DNA of 64,000 nucleotides from Psammoneis japonica (Eukaryota): assembly GCA_008632985.1 (NCBI GenBank), contig QPGO01000131.1, positions 1 through 64,000 of the forward strand, given 5' to 3'. The position numbers and the translations under genes are program-made. The notes under the pieces are model-generated. The model was given only the letters and a program-made list of their open reading frames with translations, had not been told where the DNA came from and made no database searches. Below, piece after piece: positions 48,959-62,054 of this stretch; position 1 is the stretch's first letter; each line of letters begins with the position of its first letter.

Positions 48959-51583
48959 ATGTCCTCCTCCTCCTCCTCCTCGAAACTCCCATCTCGGTTG
49001 TCACGATATGTCTACGACGACGAATCTGATGATGATGACGAGCTTCTCTCATATCAGCCCTTTTCGTCGCAGCGGGCGAACCGCATCGTCGTACCACCAC
49101 CGGCAGCGGAAACGCAAGAACCCGTGATACAGACGATCGAAAGGACGCCAGAACAAAAAGGTAAGTCGTTAAACGGTGAACCTGCATGTGATTTGAGCAT
49201 GACAATGTCGACATTGAAAACTTACAGTTGTTTCACGATCGTTATTATACCAAACATGCTACACACAGCCGAAACAAAGGTGAAACACTGGGAGGTACCA
49301 TCAGGTATTGCAGGTCCTCAGGATCTCTTTTGGCGTGTGGAAAGGAAGAAGAAAAAGATTATGCTCTACCCGTGTCGAATCTGTCGCCCTTTTGAGGCAA
49401 CTGGCCTGGCTCTGAAGCAGGAGTGGGACAATACAAAAGAGGCCTTGGTTCAGTTTCTGGCTCGGAACGAAAAAGGTCGACGCAAGCACTACAAGCGCTC
49501 CACGCTAGTGCCCTTTTACAACAAGAGCGACGATAAGACAGTATGGTGTCCAGAGTATCTAGAGATGTACGAGAAACAACTCCGTAAGAACAAGAAAAAT
49601 GACGAAATCACGGTCTTGGTCGAGATGAAAATTCTTCAAAAGGTTCTGCAGCACGCCAAGGATCAAGAGCGGAAAGCAGAAGAAGAAGAGAAACAGCGAC
49701 AACAAGAGATGCTAGAAATGCAGCAGCAACAAAAACTGGGCGACGAAAACCACCGTAATCTGATGGATGAGACAGAAGAAGATGACGACAACCAGGAAGA
49801 GTTCCTCAAGCTAGGATTGGAGTCGCGCAAGACTGGTTTTCTTTGTGCCGGGGACGTGATTGAGTACGTGAGTCCTTGCTTTACGGCTGGAAATAAACTG
49901 GGGTATCGTCGTGCCACGATTCTGTCTGTAGATCCGCGACACAAAGATTCAAAACTCGTTTTGGACAATGGGGAGTTCCTTCCACACGACACCAAGGTGA
50001 AGCGTGTTTCTTATAGGTACCGCGGCAACATCAAGAAGAATCCCGACGCATGCTTTAGGGAAATCCAAGGATACAAATTGCGAAAGAGCGGTGGGAATCA
50101 CAATCTTGCGGCAGGGATCCAGCGAGAGGGTGAGCGATACGGAGAAATTCTCAATCGAAGACAAGAAGAGTACGTTGCAAAGGCTCGACAAATTGGAGCG
50201 CCGATTGACACAATGCGCAAATTCAAAGGTACCAAGTCGGCACGTGTGACAGAAGAGGAAAGAGGGGATGGGCCTGAATGTGCCGGGAGTATGGATACGA
50301 CGGCGTTCTCGCGTGGAGACACCGTACCCGGTGCTAAAAAGGCGTCGGTACCAATCGAAGACCTACAGAAACGCAAGTTGGAGGAACGGATTGCCCATCT
50401 CAAGGAAGCGGGCAAGAGACGTGGCGGAGCTTCTCACATGACGTTGGGACAGTTGCAGCTTGCCTTGGACGTCGTAAACACGCTGCTAGCGGAGTACAAA
50501 GGCGTCGATGAATATGAAGCTGGGGTTGAAGCGTTGGCGAAACAGCTTGATATTTCGGAACCAGGTTTGAAGCTCTTTTTGCAGGGTGACGAGAACAAAG
50601 CCGTCGGTAAAGCTCAGCATTCGGAAACGGAGACGGAGCTTGGGAAGTGGATGGAAGCAAAGAGTCGTGAGGTGGTTCAGGATCATGTAGCAATTCCAGT
50701 AACGATCCTTGAGGACGAGGAAGAGGTACCTTGTGTCCAGTTTGACGGCGAGGAACGCAGCGAAGCACGAGCGCGTGGCGCAACAGGTGTGGCGTCCAAG
50801 GCCCAACCTATTGATATTGGGTTGGAATGTACTAGTTGCGACGAGGCTACGGCTGAAGAGGACAATTCAGTGGATGCAGCCGTGAAACCCAAGCCGAAAA
50901 AGGGAAAAGCGAGCGCCAAGCCGAAACTCGGACAATCGAAACGACGAGTGGCTACTTCAAAGGTCGCTTTGAAGGATAAGTTAGGTAGTGTGGGATCAAC
51001 AGCTGGGCCAAGCGAGGATCCCAAACGTCGAATGGAGCAGCGGATATCGCAGCTCAAAAGCCAGAAGCGACAGCGCACTCACATGACGCTGGTGCAGCTG
51101 CAGCTTGCCTTGGAGGTACGCTCCATGCTTGAATTGAAATGGAAGACGGCCGACGACTACCGTGTGGGTATAGATGCATTGGCAGAGGAGCTTGACATAT
51201 CCCTTCGTGGTCTAGAGCTGTTTTTGGACGGGGACGAGAAGAAACAAGTGGGAACAGCTCAGCACGAGGAAACGTTTGAAAAGCTGCAAGAGTGGAAGGC
51301 ATCTCAGCTTGCCTGTTGCAAGCACGACGAATCTGATGAAGAGCCACCATTTGTCACGCAGGAATATGAGGAGAGCAGTGGAGATGAGAATGTGTCTGTT
51401 TCATACGACACTGAACCATCCACCACCATTGTCACCATCAAGGAGGTTTCCCCCGAGTGCAAGTCTCAATCCAAGAGACCTAGGGAAGAATCATCGTTGA
51501 AGAGTAGCGGAAAGAAGCAGCGCAAGAGTAGCAGGAACGAGACATCCTCCTCGGTTGTCAATGATGATTATGATCGTCACTGA
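48959..51583 (+). CDS. Large hypothetical protein: PWWP-like region, beta-barrel-like domain, two about 95-aa internal repeats; probable in-frame intron about 49161-49268
   Basis: Continuous ORF; repeats HMTLGQLQLAL...ALAKQLDISEPGLKLFLQGDE and HMTLVQLQLAL...ALAEELDISLRGLELFLDGDE. Confidence 0.75.
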   Translation: MSSSSSSSKLPSRLSRYVYDDESDDDDELLSYQPFSSQRANRIVVPPPAAETQEPVIQTIERTPEQKGKSLNGEPACDLSMTMSTLKTYSCFTIVIIPNMLHTAETKVKHWEVPSGIAGPQDLFWRVERKKKKIMLYPCRICRPFEATGLALKQEWDNTKEALVQFLARNEKGRRKHYKRSTLVPFYNKSDDKTVWCPEYLEMYEKQLRKNKKNDEITVLVEMKILQKVLQHAKDQERKAEEEEKQRQQEMLEMQQQQKLGDENHRNLMDETEEDDDNQEEFLKLGLESRKTGFLCAGDVIEYVSPCFTAGNKLGYRRATILSVDPRHKDSKLVLDNGEFLPHDTKVKRVSYRYRGNIKKNPDACFREIQGYKLRKSGGNHNLAAGIQREGERYGEILNRRQEEYVAKARQIGAPIDTMRKFKGTKSARVTEEERGDGPECAGSMDTTAFSRGDTVPGAKKASVPIEDLQKRKLEERIAHLKEAGKRRGGASHMTLGQLQLALDVVNTLLAEYKGVDEYEAGVEALAKQLDISEPGLKLFLQGDENKAVGKAQHSETETELGKWMEAKSREVVQDHVAIPVTILEDEEEVPCVQFDGEERSEARARGATGVASKAQPIDIGLECTSCDEATAEEDNSVDAAVKPKPKKGKASAKPKLGQSKRRVATSKVALKDKLGSVGSTAGPSEDPKRRMEQRISQLKSQKRQRTHMTLVQLQLALEVRSMLELKWKTADDYRVGIDALAEELDISLRGLELFLDGDEKKQVGTAQHEETFEKLQEWKASQLACCKHDESDEEPPFVTQEYEESSGDENVSVSYDTEPSTTIVTIKEVSPECKSQSKRPREESSLKSSGKKQRKSSRNETSSSVVNDDYDRH

Positions 51584-52050
51584 ATTCTATGTACCATAGC
51601 TTGAGCATTCAGGATGAGCCGGGACTTGCACATGTCAGCGATTGACAAACGCCGATAGTTTGTACGTTTGCGCTTATGCGCTTTGTAGTAGAACCTGTTT
51701 GAGGAAACAACATGAATTAGCAATTTGTCTGTTCTGCTCTCTAGAGAGAATGAAACAAACATTGAGTACTGAAGTAGTAGTATGGATACGGCTCTAGTAA
51801 GAGAGGAGTCTCTCTACTTCTAGCTATGGTACAGTATCGTCGCAGGTACCGATAGAGCGTCGGCAGCATTAAAAAAACTCAGCGCGCCAAACTGCCTGGT
51901 ACATCTTCTACGCGATTTGACGTAGCGACCTCCGCGCACAACACAACACTACAACAACACCCATTTCAGCCACACAACCGCCGCTTATTTCGCCTGCAAT
52001 AGCTAGCTAGGCCAATCTAATCCCCGCTACCCAAACGATATCAGAATACG

Positions 52051-55000
52051 ATGTCTGATAGTGACGGCGATAATGATCTTCTGTCGTATCAGCCGTTCTC
52101 AGCTACGAGTACACACAAACGAGCAACAGAAACAGCACGTACTGCGCAACAAACTCAGCACCGCGACGACAGCAGCAGCAGCAGCAGTTCAGATGATGAT
52201 TTGGAAGAGCCCTACACACAGAACTTGGATTTTCTGGGAAAGATCGATACTGGTGAGGATGATGACGACGACGATGGTATTTTGCCTCTTGGTCAAGACG
52301 ATGACAGAGCCAAGGAGCCGCTGCGACCGGGAGACGTGATTTCGTATTTCATCCCATGTTTGTAGCCGGAGACCGAAGAGGCGATCGAGAAGCGACAGTC
52401 TTGGCGACGGATCCGAGTGGAAAAGTCAAGATTGTGTTGGATAATGCCGAATGTTTGCCGTCTGATTGGCAGGTGAAGCGAATCAAGGTCAGGACGCGAA
52501 AGAACACTTTGGAAGATCATCCGGGCGTCTACAGACCTATTGATGGTTTCAAGTTGACAAAGCTGAAGCTCTCCGAGAATAGCACATTGAGAGATGCAGT
52601 TGAAAAGGAGAGTGATCGTATGGGAGATATAATGCAGCGAAATTTTACCAAGTGTCAAGCAAAAATCGCGGAGAGTGGCTGTGGACCGATCGATGTCTTT
52701 CAGTCCTTGAAAGGGACGAAACAGAAGAGCTCGAGACGTAACCAGAACGAAACAAGCCGCAACAAGAAAAGAAGGAAAACTGCAGAAACAGTTGATCTGT
52801 CCAAGAGCAGCAGTAGTAGTGATTCAGATGATAGTGAGAATTCAGATTCCTCGTCCTCCATGAATTTTCCCATGATCAACAAGAAACGAAGAGAGCCATG
52901 CCAGAAGAACAAGACTCGCACGGGATCGCAATCGCATGTGGCCAGACTAAGCAAAGAAAGGACAAATGGGACGACGATTCTCTTATTGATAGTCCTCGAG
53001 ACGAAGCCAAGAACGCAAGCTCGGCTCGTCGTGGGTCTCTAAGACGCAAAGAAAGAAAGACCACACGGTCCTCTCGTGATCATCGAGTCGACTTGTCGTC
53101 ATCGAGTTCGTCCTCGGACTCGGAGCGGGATAGAGACGTTGTGCAAAAGAGAAGATTTCCGGAGCAGTCTCGTGCTGGAACTGCGGCCAAGATCAATGAA
53201 TCATCGAGGACGACAAAACCTCGAAATCGATTATATCCTGCTCCGTCGAGCGGCGCTTTTTCCGCCAATTCTTCTGATTCGGAATGCAGTGGAATGTCGT
53301 TTGGTACAACGGATCGCCAAGAACCTGCAAAGAAGGCTCTTAGCCACTTGCCAACGCCTTTGAATATTCAAACGGTCAAGAAGAAGAAGTCTTTACGAAC
53401 TGAAAGGGTTGCTAGTAGTCCCTCCAAAGAAAATCGCTACCGAAACGAACGCTACTCGCATAGACACAAGGCAACGAGTCCTCTCAGTAGTCCCCGACGC
53501 AATGAATTCGAGCCGTATACTTCTTCAACCAGAGCTGCGGGTCCTCGAAATGAACCTAGCCACCGCCGCTCAGAATTCCTGTCGGATTCAGACAGTACGC
53601 TGAGTCCTACGAGAGAACCCCGTCACACTGAGGTCGCTACTACTTCTGCTAAAGAAAGCCGCCGTCACAATGAACGCTACTCGCGTAAAAGCAACCCGAC
53701 AAGTCCTCTCAGTAGTCCCCGCACAATGAACGCGAGTTGCATACTGCTTCAACCAGGGCGGCTGATCCTCGCCGCCGCTTTGAACTCCCATCGGATTTGG
53801 ACAGTACACAGAGTCCTGCGAGGGAATCTCGATGCACGAACGAACAAAAGTCTCTGAAAAATAGGACGCCCAGTCCCACCGTTGAGCGCCTCCGCCGTCG
53901 CAACGAAGTCCAGCTGTTGTCCGACAGCTCGGATAGCTCTTTCAGTAAACCCCGTCGCCTTGACGAACGAAAATCACAAGCAGGCAGGACTGCACGTCGT
54001 CAACTCAGTGAATCCCGTCACGCTGAACTTGACTCACCAACCGCCGAGCCCTCTTCTGCAATGAAAGGTGCGCGTGGCTTGTCGCTTTCCAAAGCTCGTG
54101 TAAAAAAGACATTGAAACGGTCCACGAGATTCCCTCGAGTATCCTTGGGCGATGGTGAAGACGATGAGGACAGGGCCTCAGCTTTTGATGAACAGCGTCC
54201 CTTATCGTGGTTCTCTGACAACGAAGACAGCAAGAAAGCAACAGAATCGCCCAAAAAGTTCTCGATCCGAGGGTCGGACTGGGATAGCGATGAGGAACTG
54301 CCAGCGCGAACTGGCAAAAACTCAGCGCAGGACCGTCAGTCCGCTAGAAATAAGCATGGTAGCAGTAGGCCATCGGATCGTCCAAGCTCGACGACCGTCT
54401 CTTGTGGTGCAAGTAATCATGCTTCGAGTCGCCCACCCACGTCCTCGGCTTCAAATGTTTCTCGCGGGAAGAAGAGTCGTTCAAAGAGTCGTCGGCAGAA
54501 AACATCAACACAGGCGTCAATGCGATTTGAGTCCGACAGCGACGGTGTGGTAGATCTGACTCCCGACAATGAATTCCTGGAAGGCGTAAGCCTTGTGTGA
54601 GTACCAAAATGAGAAACTGAGTGTGGAGGAGAGCCGGGTGGGACGAAGCAAACGCAAGGATCGGGTCGACGTGCCGGGTGTTTCGAAGCAGCGTACTAGA
54701 AAATATTCAGAGGAAGCCAAGGAGAATTATGAGCGTAACATTTCAAAGAACCGGCCCGGGTCTTCTACTCGCAAATGCGGCAAGAAGGGGTCCAAACGAA
54801 GCATCTGTGAGCTCGAAAGCGATGATGAAACCGGCGGCGAGTTGGTCGACTCTGATGTTGGCGAAGATACGGCCAACAAAAAACCGACTCTGAGACTTGG
54901 GAGGAATAGGGGCCCTCCTCACCCGCGGTATCAGCAGGATTCATCCTTTGAGCTAGACCAAGATTGGAAAACTCCCACCCGAGGTGTTGTCGGCGCGACA

Positions 55001-55165
55001 GGTGCGAGATCTGGGTCCAGCAGGAAGAGATCCAGGGTGTATGGACGGCGGTCGAACACTTCGTCGAGCGGCAGCAAGAATTGTACACCCCGGAGTAGAT
55101 GTGGAAAACCAGGCGTCGTTGTTGTTCCTGGCAGTACATTTTGTTTAAACGACAGGAGCAGTTGA
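52051..55165 (+). CDS. Paralog-like protein sharing the LLSYQPFS motif and GDVI domain with the upstream gene; long S/R-rich tail; several frameshifts
   Basis: Abutting ORFs 52051-52365, 52356-53042, 52898-53857, 53737-54600 and 54593-55165; PGDVISY..P.FVAGDRRGDREATVLATDP...LDNAECLPSDWQVKR. Confidence 0.65.
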
Positions 55166-55695
55166 TTGTGAGGACCAAAAGTTGCGTGAAGATGATGTGA
55201 AACAAAAAATGTTGCTTTTTTGGAGATGTATAAAACTTTGTAGCCCTTTATGATGTCAAGTCGTACTTGATAGAAACTATTGTATTTTGTTCGACTAGAT
55301 TGGAAGTTGCCTCTCGACACGTCTACTTTTGTGGATGGTTGTCCGGTAGACGACTCTACTAGGTGAGACTGATCAAACTAAAGTAACTACTGTAGAGCTT
55401 TGGGGGAAAGGAAATGCTTGATGCTTCCGGAACTTTCTCCTCTCACCTCCACCACGTCACGTGAAATGCGGTAGAAATTGTACAACGATGTGAGTTTTAT
55501 ATGGGGGAGACGTATGTAGAGATTGTGTAGGCCTCAGTACAATTGTATCTTGGAGGGAGATCTTTGGCGCGGGAAGGGCGACGTCCACGCCATGATCGAT
55601 GTCTCGCAACACATCTTCTGCCATCCAATCACAAGTCCACTCGTGACAAGGCTTGAGAAAGTTGGAAGTACCAGTAGGTTGCACCCATAGCAACA

Positions 55696-56883
55696 ATGGT
55701 TGGAAAGTCAGTTCTCCTAGTTTGCCTCTTGGCCGGATCGAGCTCTGCCTTCGCTGTGCAGCCACCCACGGCATTTTCTGCCCGGAATACAGCCCTTCGC
55801 ATGTCCGGTGGAGTAAATGGGTCCCCACCGGATTTGAAGGTGTGTTTCTAGATTCTTCGGTGTAGTTGTTTTGAAGATCTTTTTCCCGTGTTTAAACTCA
55901 TTTTTTTTTCTCGCCAAACTTTTGAACGACACAGCCTCCAGCATCTCTTTATGAAGGCGCTGTTGCCGCAGGAGCTGCAAAGGCTGCTGCTCCAGCTTCC
56001 AAGATTTTCAAGCTCGCCGTGGTATCAGGTGCTCACATTGCCTTTGGAGCGTACCTTGCTGTTACCGTCGGAGGTGCGCGTACAAAACGACTTTCTATTT
56101 TTGTTTTCAAGAAATATGCTCACGACGGATTATTTGGCTCTTTCTCGTGATGATGCAGGTGCGTGTCCTGGACTCGCCCAAACCAACCCTGGTTTGCAGA
56201 AGGTACGTCTATTGTAAAAATACGGAATACGCTTATTATGAATCGATCTAATTGATCATATTCTTTTTTTCGTTTACTTACAGATGGTATTTGGTGCCTT
56301 TGGGTTGCCCTTTGGACTTATCATGACGCTTGTTTCTGGAGCTGAACTATTCACGGGTAACACCGCTCTTGTCACTGCTGCCTACATGGAAGGAAAAACT
56401 AGCAAAAAGGACTTGATCAAGAACTGGGTAACTTCCTACACAGGAAACTTTGTTGGCTCCCTTGTCTTGGCGTACCTGGCCTTCAAGAGCGGAACCCTGG
56501 GCTCAGGCCCCGCTTCTGCGGCCATTGCTACCGCCAAGTGCAGTTTGGCTTGGGACGTTGCCTTTGTCCGTGGTATCTTGTGCAATTGGCTCGTGTGCAT
56601 GGCTGTCTATATGGCATCGGGATGCTCCACCATGATTGGAAAGATGACGGCAGTTTGGTTCCCCATTTCGGCATTTGTTGCTCTCGGACTTGACCACTCG
56701 GTTGCCAATATGTTCTTGATTCCGCTTGGGATGCTTCGTGGTGCCGAAATTACAGTTGCGCAAATGTTCACCAAGAATCTCATTCCTGTGACTCTTGGAA
56801 ACATTCTTGGAGGAGCTCTGTGTGTTATGGCCCCCTTTGGATCTAGCTATGGAAAGTGGTTCCAAAAGAAGGAGGACGAGTAA
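55696..56883 (+). CDS. NAR1: Plastid formate/nitrite transporter (NAR1-like); 4 exons
   Basis: Exon 1 MVGKSVLLVCLLAGSSSA-FAVQP (ASAF-type presequence); introns about 55840-55935, 56074-56158 and 56203-56283; FNT motifs GAELFTGN, GILCNWLVCMAV, FVALGLDHSVANMF, NLIPVTLGNILGG. Confidence 0.92.
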
Positions 56884-57239
56884 TGTTCATCCGGGGAAGG
56901 ATACACCAAATGTTTTGCTATGGGTGATCCTTCATACCGACCGGTAGACCGAAACGTTAAAATTATGTAGTTCACTCTCGTTCTTCGAAATCAATTGCAT
57001 TGTGGCTGCTCAGATTCTCGGTCTCCCACCACTGCAGGCTCCGTATTATGGCTAATGCGCGTTACCATCTTGTGACTTTCATGTCTGCATGCATCAGCAC
57101 GTACAGTATCATTACTCTCTGGCACGTAAAGGTCAGTACCGGTACAAGTAGTACGGAGCAGGCACAACGGCGAAATTTCAAATTGTGAGCTTGCGGCGCG
57201 GGTAAATAGTCTAAATCCCGCCCCATGACTCTGGGACAA

Positions 57240-58301
57240 TGATGGGGGTCATTTTGATAAAAGTCTGTGAAGCAGTCATTTTTTGGAGAATTCCAGCCAA
57301 GAGCCAAGTGGGAATGTCGAGCAACTAAAACTACTTCCGGAAAGCGAAAAATCGTCCTTGTGTTGGAGTGAGGGAAGTGTTGAAGTGATTGGATTACGTC
57401 GTCGCACTCATCAGCGCGAGTCTTTTGATCGCAATGTGTCGGATCTTGGCATTTCTGTGGCATCTTCAGCCACAAGACTTCTTTGTATCTCCAGGATACA
57501 CTCACTTTTCTTGGAATGAGCATCTGGTACGACGACATCTCGTTCGCAACACAAAAGATTTCGCTCCTCCTTTTCGAAGGTAATGCTGACTTTCGGGATT
57601 GCTTTCACTCCTTGCAGGCGTATTCAAAGAGGAACGGAAAGGATTTACGGGACCGCTTAACCTCTCGTTTTGCATCATCCATGGTTGTCGTTGCCCTCTT
57701 CATCAACGTGGAATTGGCTCTTTTGTTCTCTCCGTCTGATGTAGGGACGGGAGTGCGGGACGCCATGAGAGAGAATAGAGGTGGCACCGCATCTGCCTTC
57801 AGTATTTTGCTAATCATATCCATCTTTTTCGCCATTCTATGCATCATTGCGACTTTTGGTGCATGGACTGCGTTGTCGGCTGTGAGCGACGAGAATGTGC
57901 ATCTTCTTCTTCGTTGCACCGTTGGTCGATACGTGGTGCAGCTCCCAAAAACACTTTTGCTCTTTTCAATGTACACATTTCTAGCCTGGCTGTGCATGGC
58001 TTTGTTCCTTCTTCTTCCAGACCATTGGGCCGGGCCCATCCTTTGCATATCAGTGGCTATTCTTCTTCTCACCATTGTAATGAATAGTCTCTTTGAACGA
58101 ATGGTTATGGATTCTGGGGCGATGGGAGAGAAACGGATTCTTAACACCAAAGATGTTGACACTTTTAAACATCCAGAGCTTGACGAAGTCATTCTTGAAC
58201 GAGCCAGAGAGAATCGACAGAATCGAGTTTCCGCCCGCAGTTATTATCCTGCCATGTACAAAGAGGAGATGGGGGATCAAACGTTTTCAATGGAAGACTA
58301 A
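57240..58301 (+). CDS. Hypothetical multi-pass membrane protein; N-terminal part frameshifted
   Basis: ORF 57483-58301 with about 4 hydrophobic helices, plus upstream ORF pieces. Confidence 0.6.
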
Positions 58302-58439
58302 TGAACAGATCCACATAGGATTTATGGTTCTTCTACCATAGCTTCTACTACAATTGCTCTATCTAGCAGCAGAAATACGATTGTTCTAGAAACTTGCGTT
58401 GCGGCACAAAAACATACATTCGCCAATGAATTCCGAGTC

Positions 58440-61400
58440 CAACTTGATTCCTGCGGTGGTGCGCAACACCAAGCAGGGCTCGCCCTTGCACACAGAGATC
58501 CATTGAACCAGTGACATGACTGTGTCCGTGTCTAAACAGCCACATTAGAGTCAAAGAGAGTGACAGGTGACAAAGTCTGTGACCTCTTTTTCTGGTTGTG
58601 CACATCGTGTTCACCAGCACTTGTTTGTTTGTGCTGTGAGCAGGTGTGACACCCCTCGTCCCATGAAATCAGCTCTCTGCATTGCCAGTCACAGGGGCAG
58701 CATCCAAAAATCAAATTGGAGACAGGAATCCAGAAAGATTCTGGGAAGTCATTAGCTTCTTGGAAACACTGGCAAAGATGCTGGCACACCAGTTTTCCCC
58801 AAGCAGGTTGTTGGTGCAAAATGCAAAAAAGAAGCTGGCACAGGGAACATGGGGGGATTTCTCTCCAGCTGAAAAACACAGCCAACAGTGGCACACTGAT
58901 GCAGCCAGCCATGTGTGAGAGAGGGAGAACAGTTGCTGCTAAAAACAAACCTGGGCACTTGAAATGTGGGTGTTTTGGGGCTCAGGAGGTGGCATTGTTG
59001 AAGGTGCTGTGCTGGGTGGTCACAAGCTGGTGCTGGCACAAAGCCAACAGAGACAGCAGAACCATCAGCCACTCCCCCCTTCTTCCTGGTGCAGGAGCTG
59101 CCAGAGTGGTGACAGACCTGCAAACCAGGAATGGTGATGACACGTGAGTCTCAAAGAGATCTGCTTGCAGTCTGCTCATCCTGTGCAGTGGTGTGCCTGG
59201 TCAGCCAACACCCTCTCCTGATTTGGCATGTTGAAAATCAACAATTTGGGTCACAAACAGAACAAAAAGTGGGGTGACAATTTGCTGATGAAATACAGAT
59301 CAAACTGGATGACTCTGGGGAGAGGCACGTGCACCAAAACATGCAAAAGAAGGGCTGTTTTGCAGACTCCAGTGAACAGAAATGTTGACTGCATGCAGTG
59401 CCCCATTGCGACATGGGCATGGCAGGCATGCAGTGTTGACAGCCTTGGTGAGGTCATCCCTTGGGTCAATGACATCAGAAATGTTTTCAGCAATGAAGTG
59501 CCCTGCTGCTTCCTTCCAGCCACAGATGACAAACTGCCACGGGATGTTGACATGGCATGAGCACTCAGTTTAGAGTGCAATTTTGTTTGTGATCTCATGG
59601 CTGGTTGATTGTCAACAAACAATGCAGCAGGACTGACTTGGGAAAATCCAAGTTTCTTCTTGAGGATGGAATGGAAACACAAATCATGTGTGTTGTTGTT
59701 TGGTGGTGGCAGCACCAGCAGAATGAAATTTGGCCTCAGTCAATCTGGTTGCCATCATGGATGGCATCTTGCACCAACATGATCTTGCACCAACAGGAGA
59801 CAGCAGCACTGGCTGACTTCTTGCAGCCACACCCAGCAGCAGACTGGTGGTTGGAAAGATCATTGCCATGTGCAGCATCCAAGAATGCAAGCAATTGAGC
59901 GAGGGAGCTGAGGGAGGGAATTGGTGCAAGGGAGCTGCAAGAAGCTGTGGGTGGGGGAGTTGGGCCTGGCTCCTGGCTCAGCAACAGACATTCAAAATGA
60001 CACATGGGCAACATGGAGTCCTTCTTGAAGGACTTCTTGTGTTTGATGTCCCAACACTTTGATCCTTGAAAGCAACTTTCCATTCCCTTTCAAGCTGTGC
60101 AGCATGCCAAGGCAGGTGGTGATGCAAAGTTGGAGGAGGTTGTGATGGCACTCTGCCGACATGAGGGCAAAGCATGCAACAATCTGTCAAGAAGGTTGCA
60201 AGAGCTAGAACCTTGTGTTTCAGCAAGTTCTTTGATTTCCAGGGCCCTCTTCCAAAGGACCAACACAGGAGCGCAGCTTGGAAAGAACTCCATCACTGGC
60301 AGAGAGCCATTTGACAATCTGAGCCAGATTTGTTGGCATCTGATTTGAGTCAACCATGACTCTTGAGTGCCCAATTGACACAGCTGTGACATGACATTAA
60401 AGTGGAGTCATCATGCTGGTGCACACCAATGCCATTAAATTTGGTGCACAGAGACCCAGACACTTGAGCAGCATGACATCTTCACGGGCCACCCCACAAC
60501 CACCTGGGGCAAGCAACAAAAAATGTCCACTTGTTGAAGAGGAAAAGGGTGTGCTTTTGCCCTCAAACACAAGTGCAAATGCACTTGCAATGAATGGTGT
60601 TCCAGAAAAGGAGAGAGCTTGGCATCATTCAAAATCCCATTGATGTGGTTTTCCCAGACAACACTCTGCTTTCAGAAATGGAGAGCAGCAATGCCAGACT
60701 GCATGTCTTTCATCTCATGAGCTCAAGCACATGCTCTTCTTTTCATCTGTGAGTGGTGGGACAAAAATGACATGTTCTGCCACGAAGGCATGCTGGAGCT
60801 GTCAAGTGTCTGGGTGCTGCACTGGACAACAGTTTCAAACTCAGGGTTGGCAGCATGTCATGAAGTTGTCAAAGCCCAGCAGTTGAAACAATTTGTGCAC
60901 CTGCAATCTTGTTGCAAGTGGTGAAAACAGGCACACCAGCACAGAGCCACCACGTGAGACATCTGACGTGCAGGTGCAACTGAACAACTTGGCAGTGGCA
61001 AGCTCCACTCCAAACATTGGATGCAATTAGAGTGTTTCATTCTGCATGAATGAGTCTTGGAAAAGTGGTTGCCAATGAAGCAAAACTTGTCAACTGAAGT
61101 TTCTGTGGATTTGGCCAGGAAAGCTTGCCATTTTGAGCTTGTTGGGGAGATGAACAACCACCCACCAGCCCTTCACAGTGCCAAGCATGCTTGGCAAGCA
61201 ACCTTGACCCAAGATGTGCAGGATGAGCATGGTGGGATGAGCATGCAGAGGCTGGATTTCAGATTGCCAGAGCCACCAGGACCAAGGTCCAGATGAGGGC
61301 CACCAGGGGTCCAATGCTTTTTGAAAAAACTGTCAGCCAGCAGACCTTGAAGTTTTGTTTTTCAAAAAGTGAAAGACCCAGGACTGCTCACAGCCATGTT

Positions 61401-62000
61401 TCAAACCTTGCTCTGCACTCTCCACATTGCAAGTCATGAGGTCTGAGGTCCAGACAAAAACCACTGAAGGTCTGCCACTTGACCCTTCAATCACAGGACT
61501 TGAGCAAATCTCCAAGGGTGGAGATGTGCTCACTTGCATTGCAGATGTGTTAAATGAAATGTTTTCAGACACACATGGGTGACAAAGAATTCTCAACATT
61601 TCTGTTTGGAGTGTGCATTTGCCAAACATCTGGGGAACCATTTTTGCAATTTAGAAAGTTCAATGTTGACTTTTCACACCAGCTTTTTTGCAAGCCACAT
61701 GCATGAACAGAGAGGAGCTAAATCCCAACCTTTGACAATGGCGGCTGTGATGAGTTGCTGTCTCACAAATGGAGCAACAATGCCACACCCTTGGAGCAAA
61801 TCTCTGCTGGTGGAAATTTGTTCCCAACAAGCAAAGGCATCTTGCACACTTTGCACAGATTGTGCATGATGACATTTTCAATGCTGTGTTCATTGTGTTG
61901 TGATGCAAATGTGCGGTGTCACAAGTTCCTCAAGAAGCAAAGTGCTCCGGTGGTCAAAGGATTGAAAAAACAAAACATTTGACCTTGAGGTCTGAGATTC
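58440..62000 (-). mobile_element. Heavily mutated Ty1/copia (CoDi-like) retrotransposon relic, RT/RNase H region
   Basis: Minus strand gives SSCNLLDRLLHA..SCR..AITTSSNFASPPALACCTA*KG...KCWDIKH (about 60030-60210; cf. FSYRxLLGxLLYAYVTCRPDxxYAITTLSKF), FLDAAHGNDL (about 59855-59885; cf. DAAHxNDL) and FHSILKKKLGFSQVSPAALFVDNQPA (about 59600-59690; cf. LRSILxELGFxQxxPTxLYxDN). Limits approximate. Confidence 0.75.
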
Positions 62001-62054
62001 ACACAAAAACCATTGGAGGTCCAACACACACATTTGTGAAAAAAAAATGTTGAA

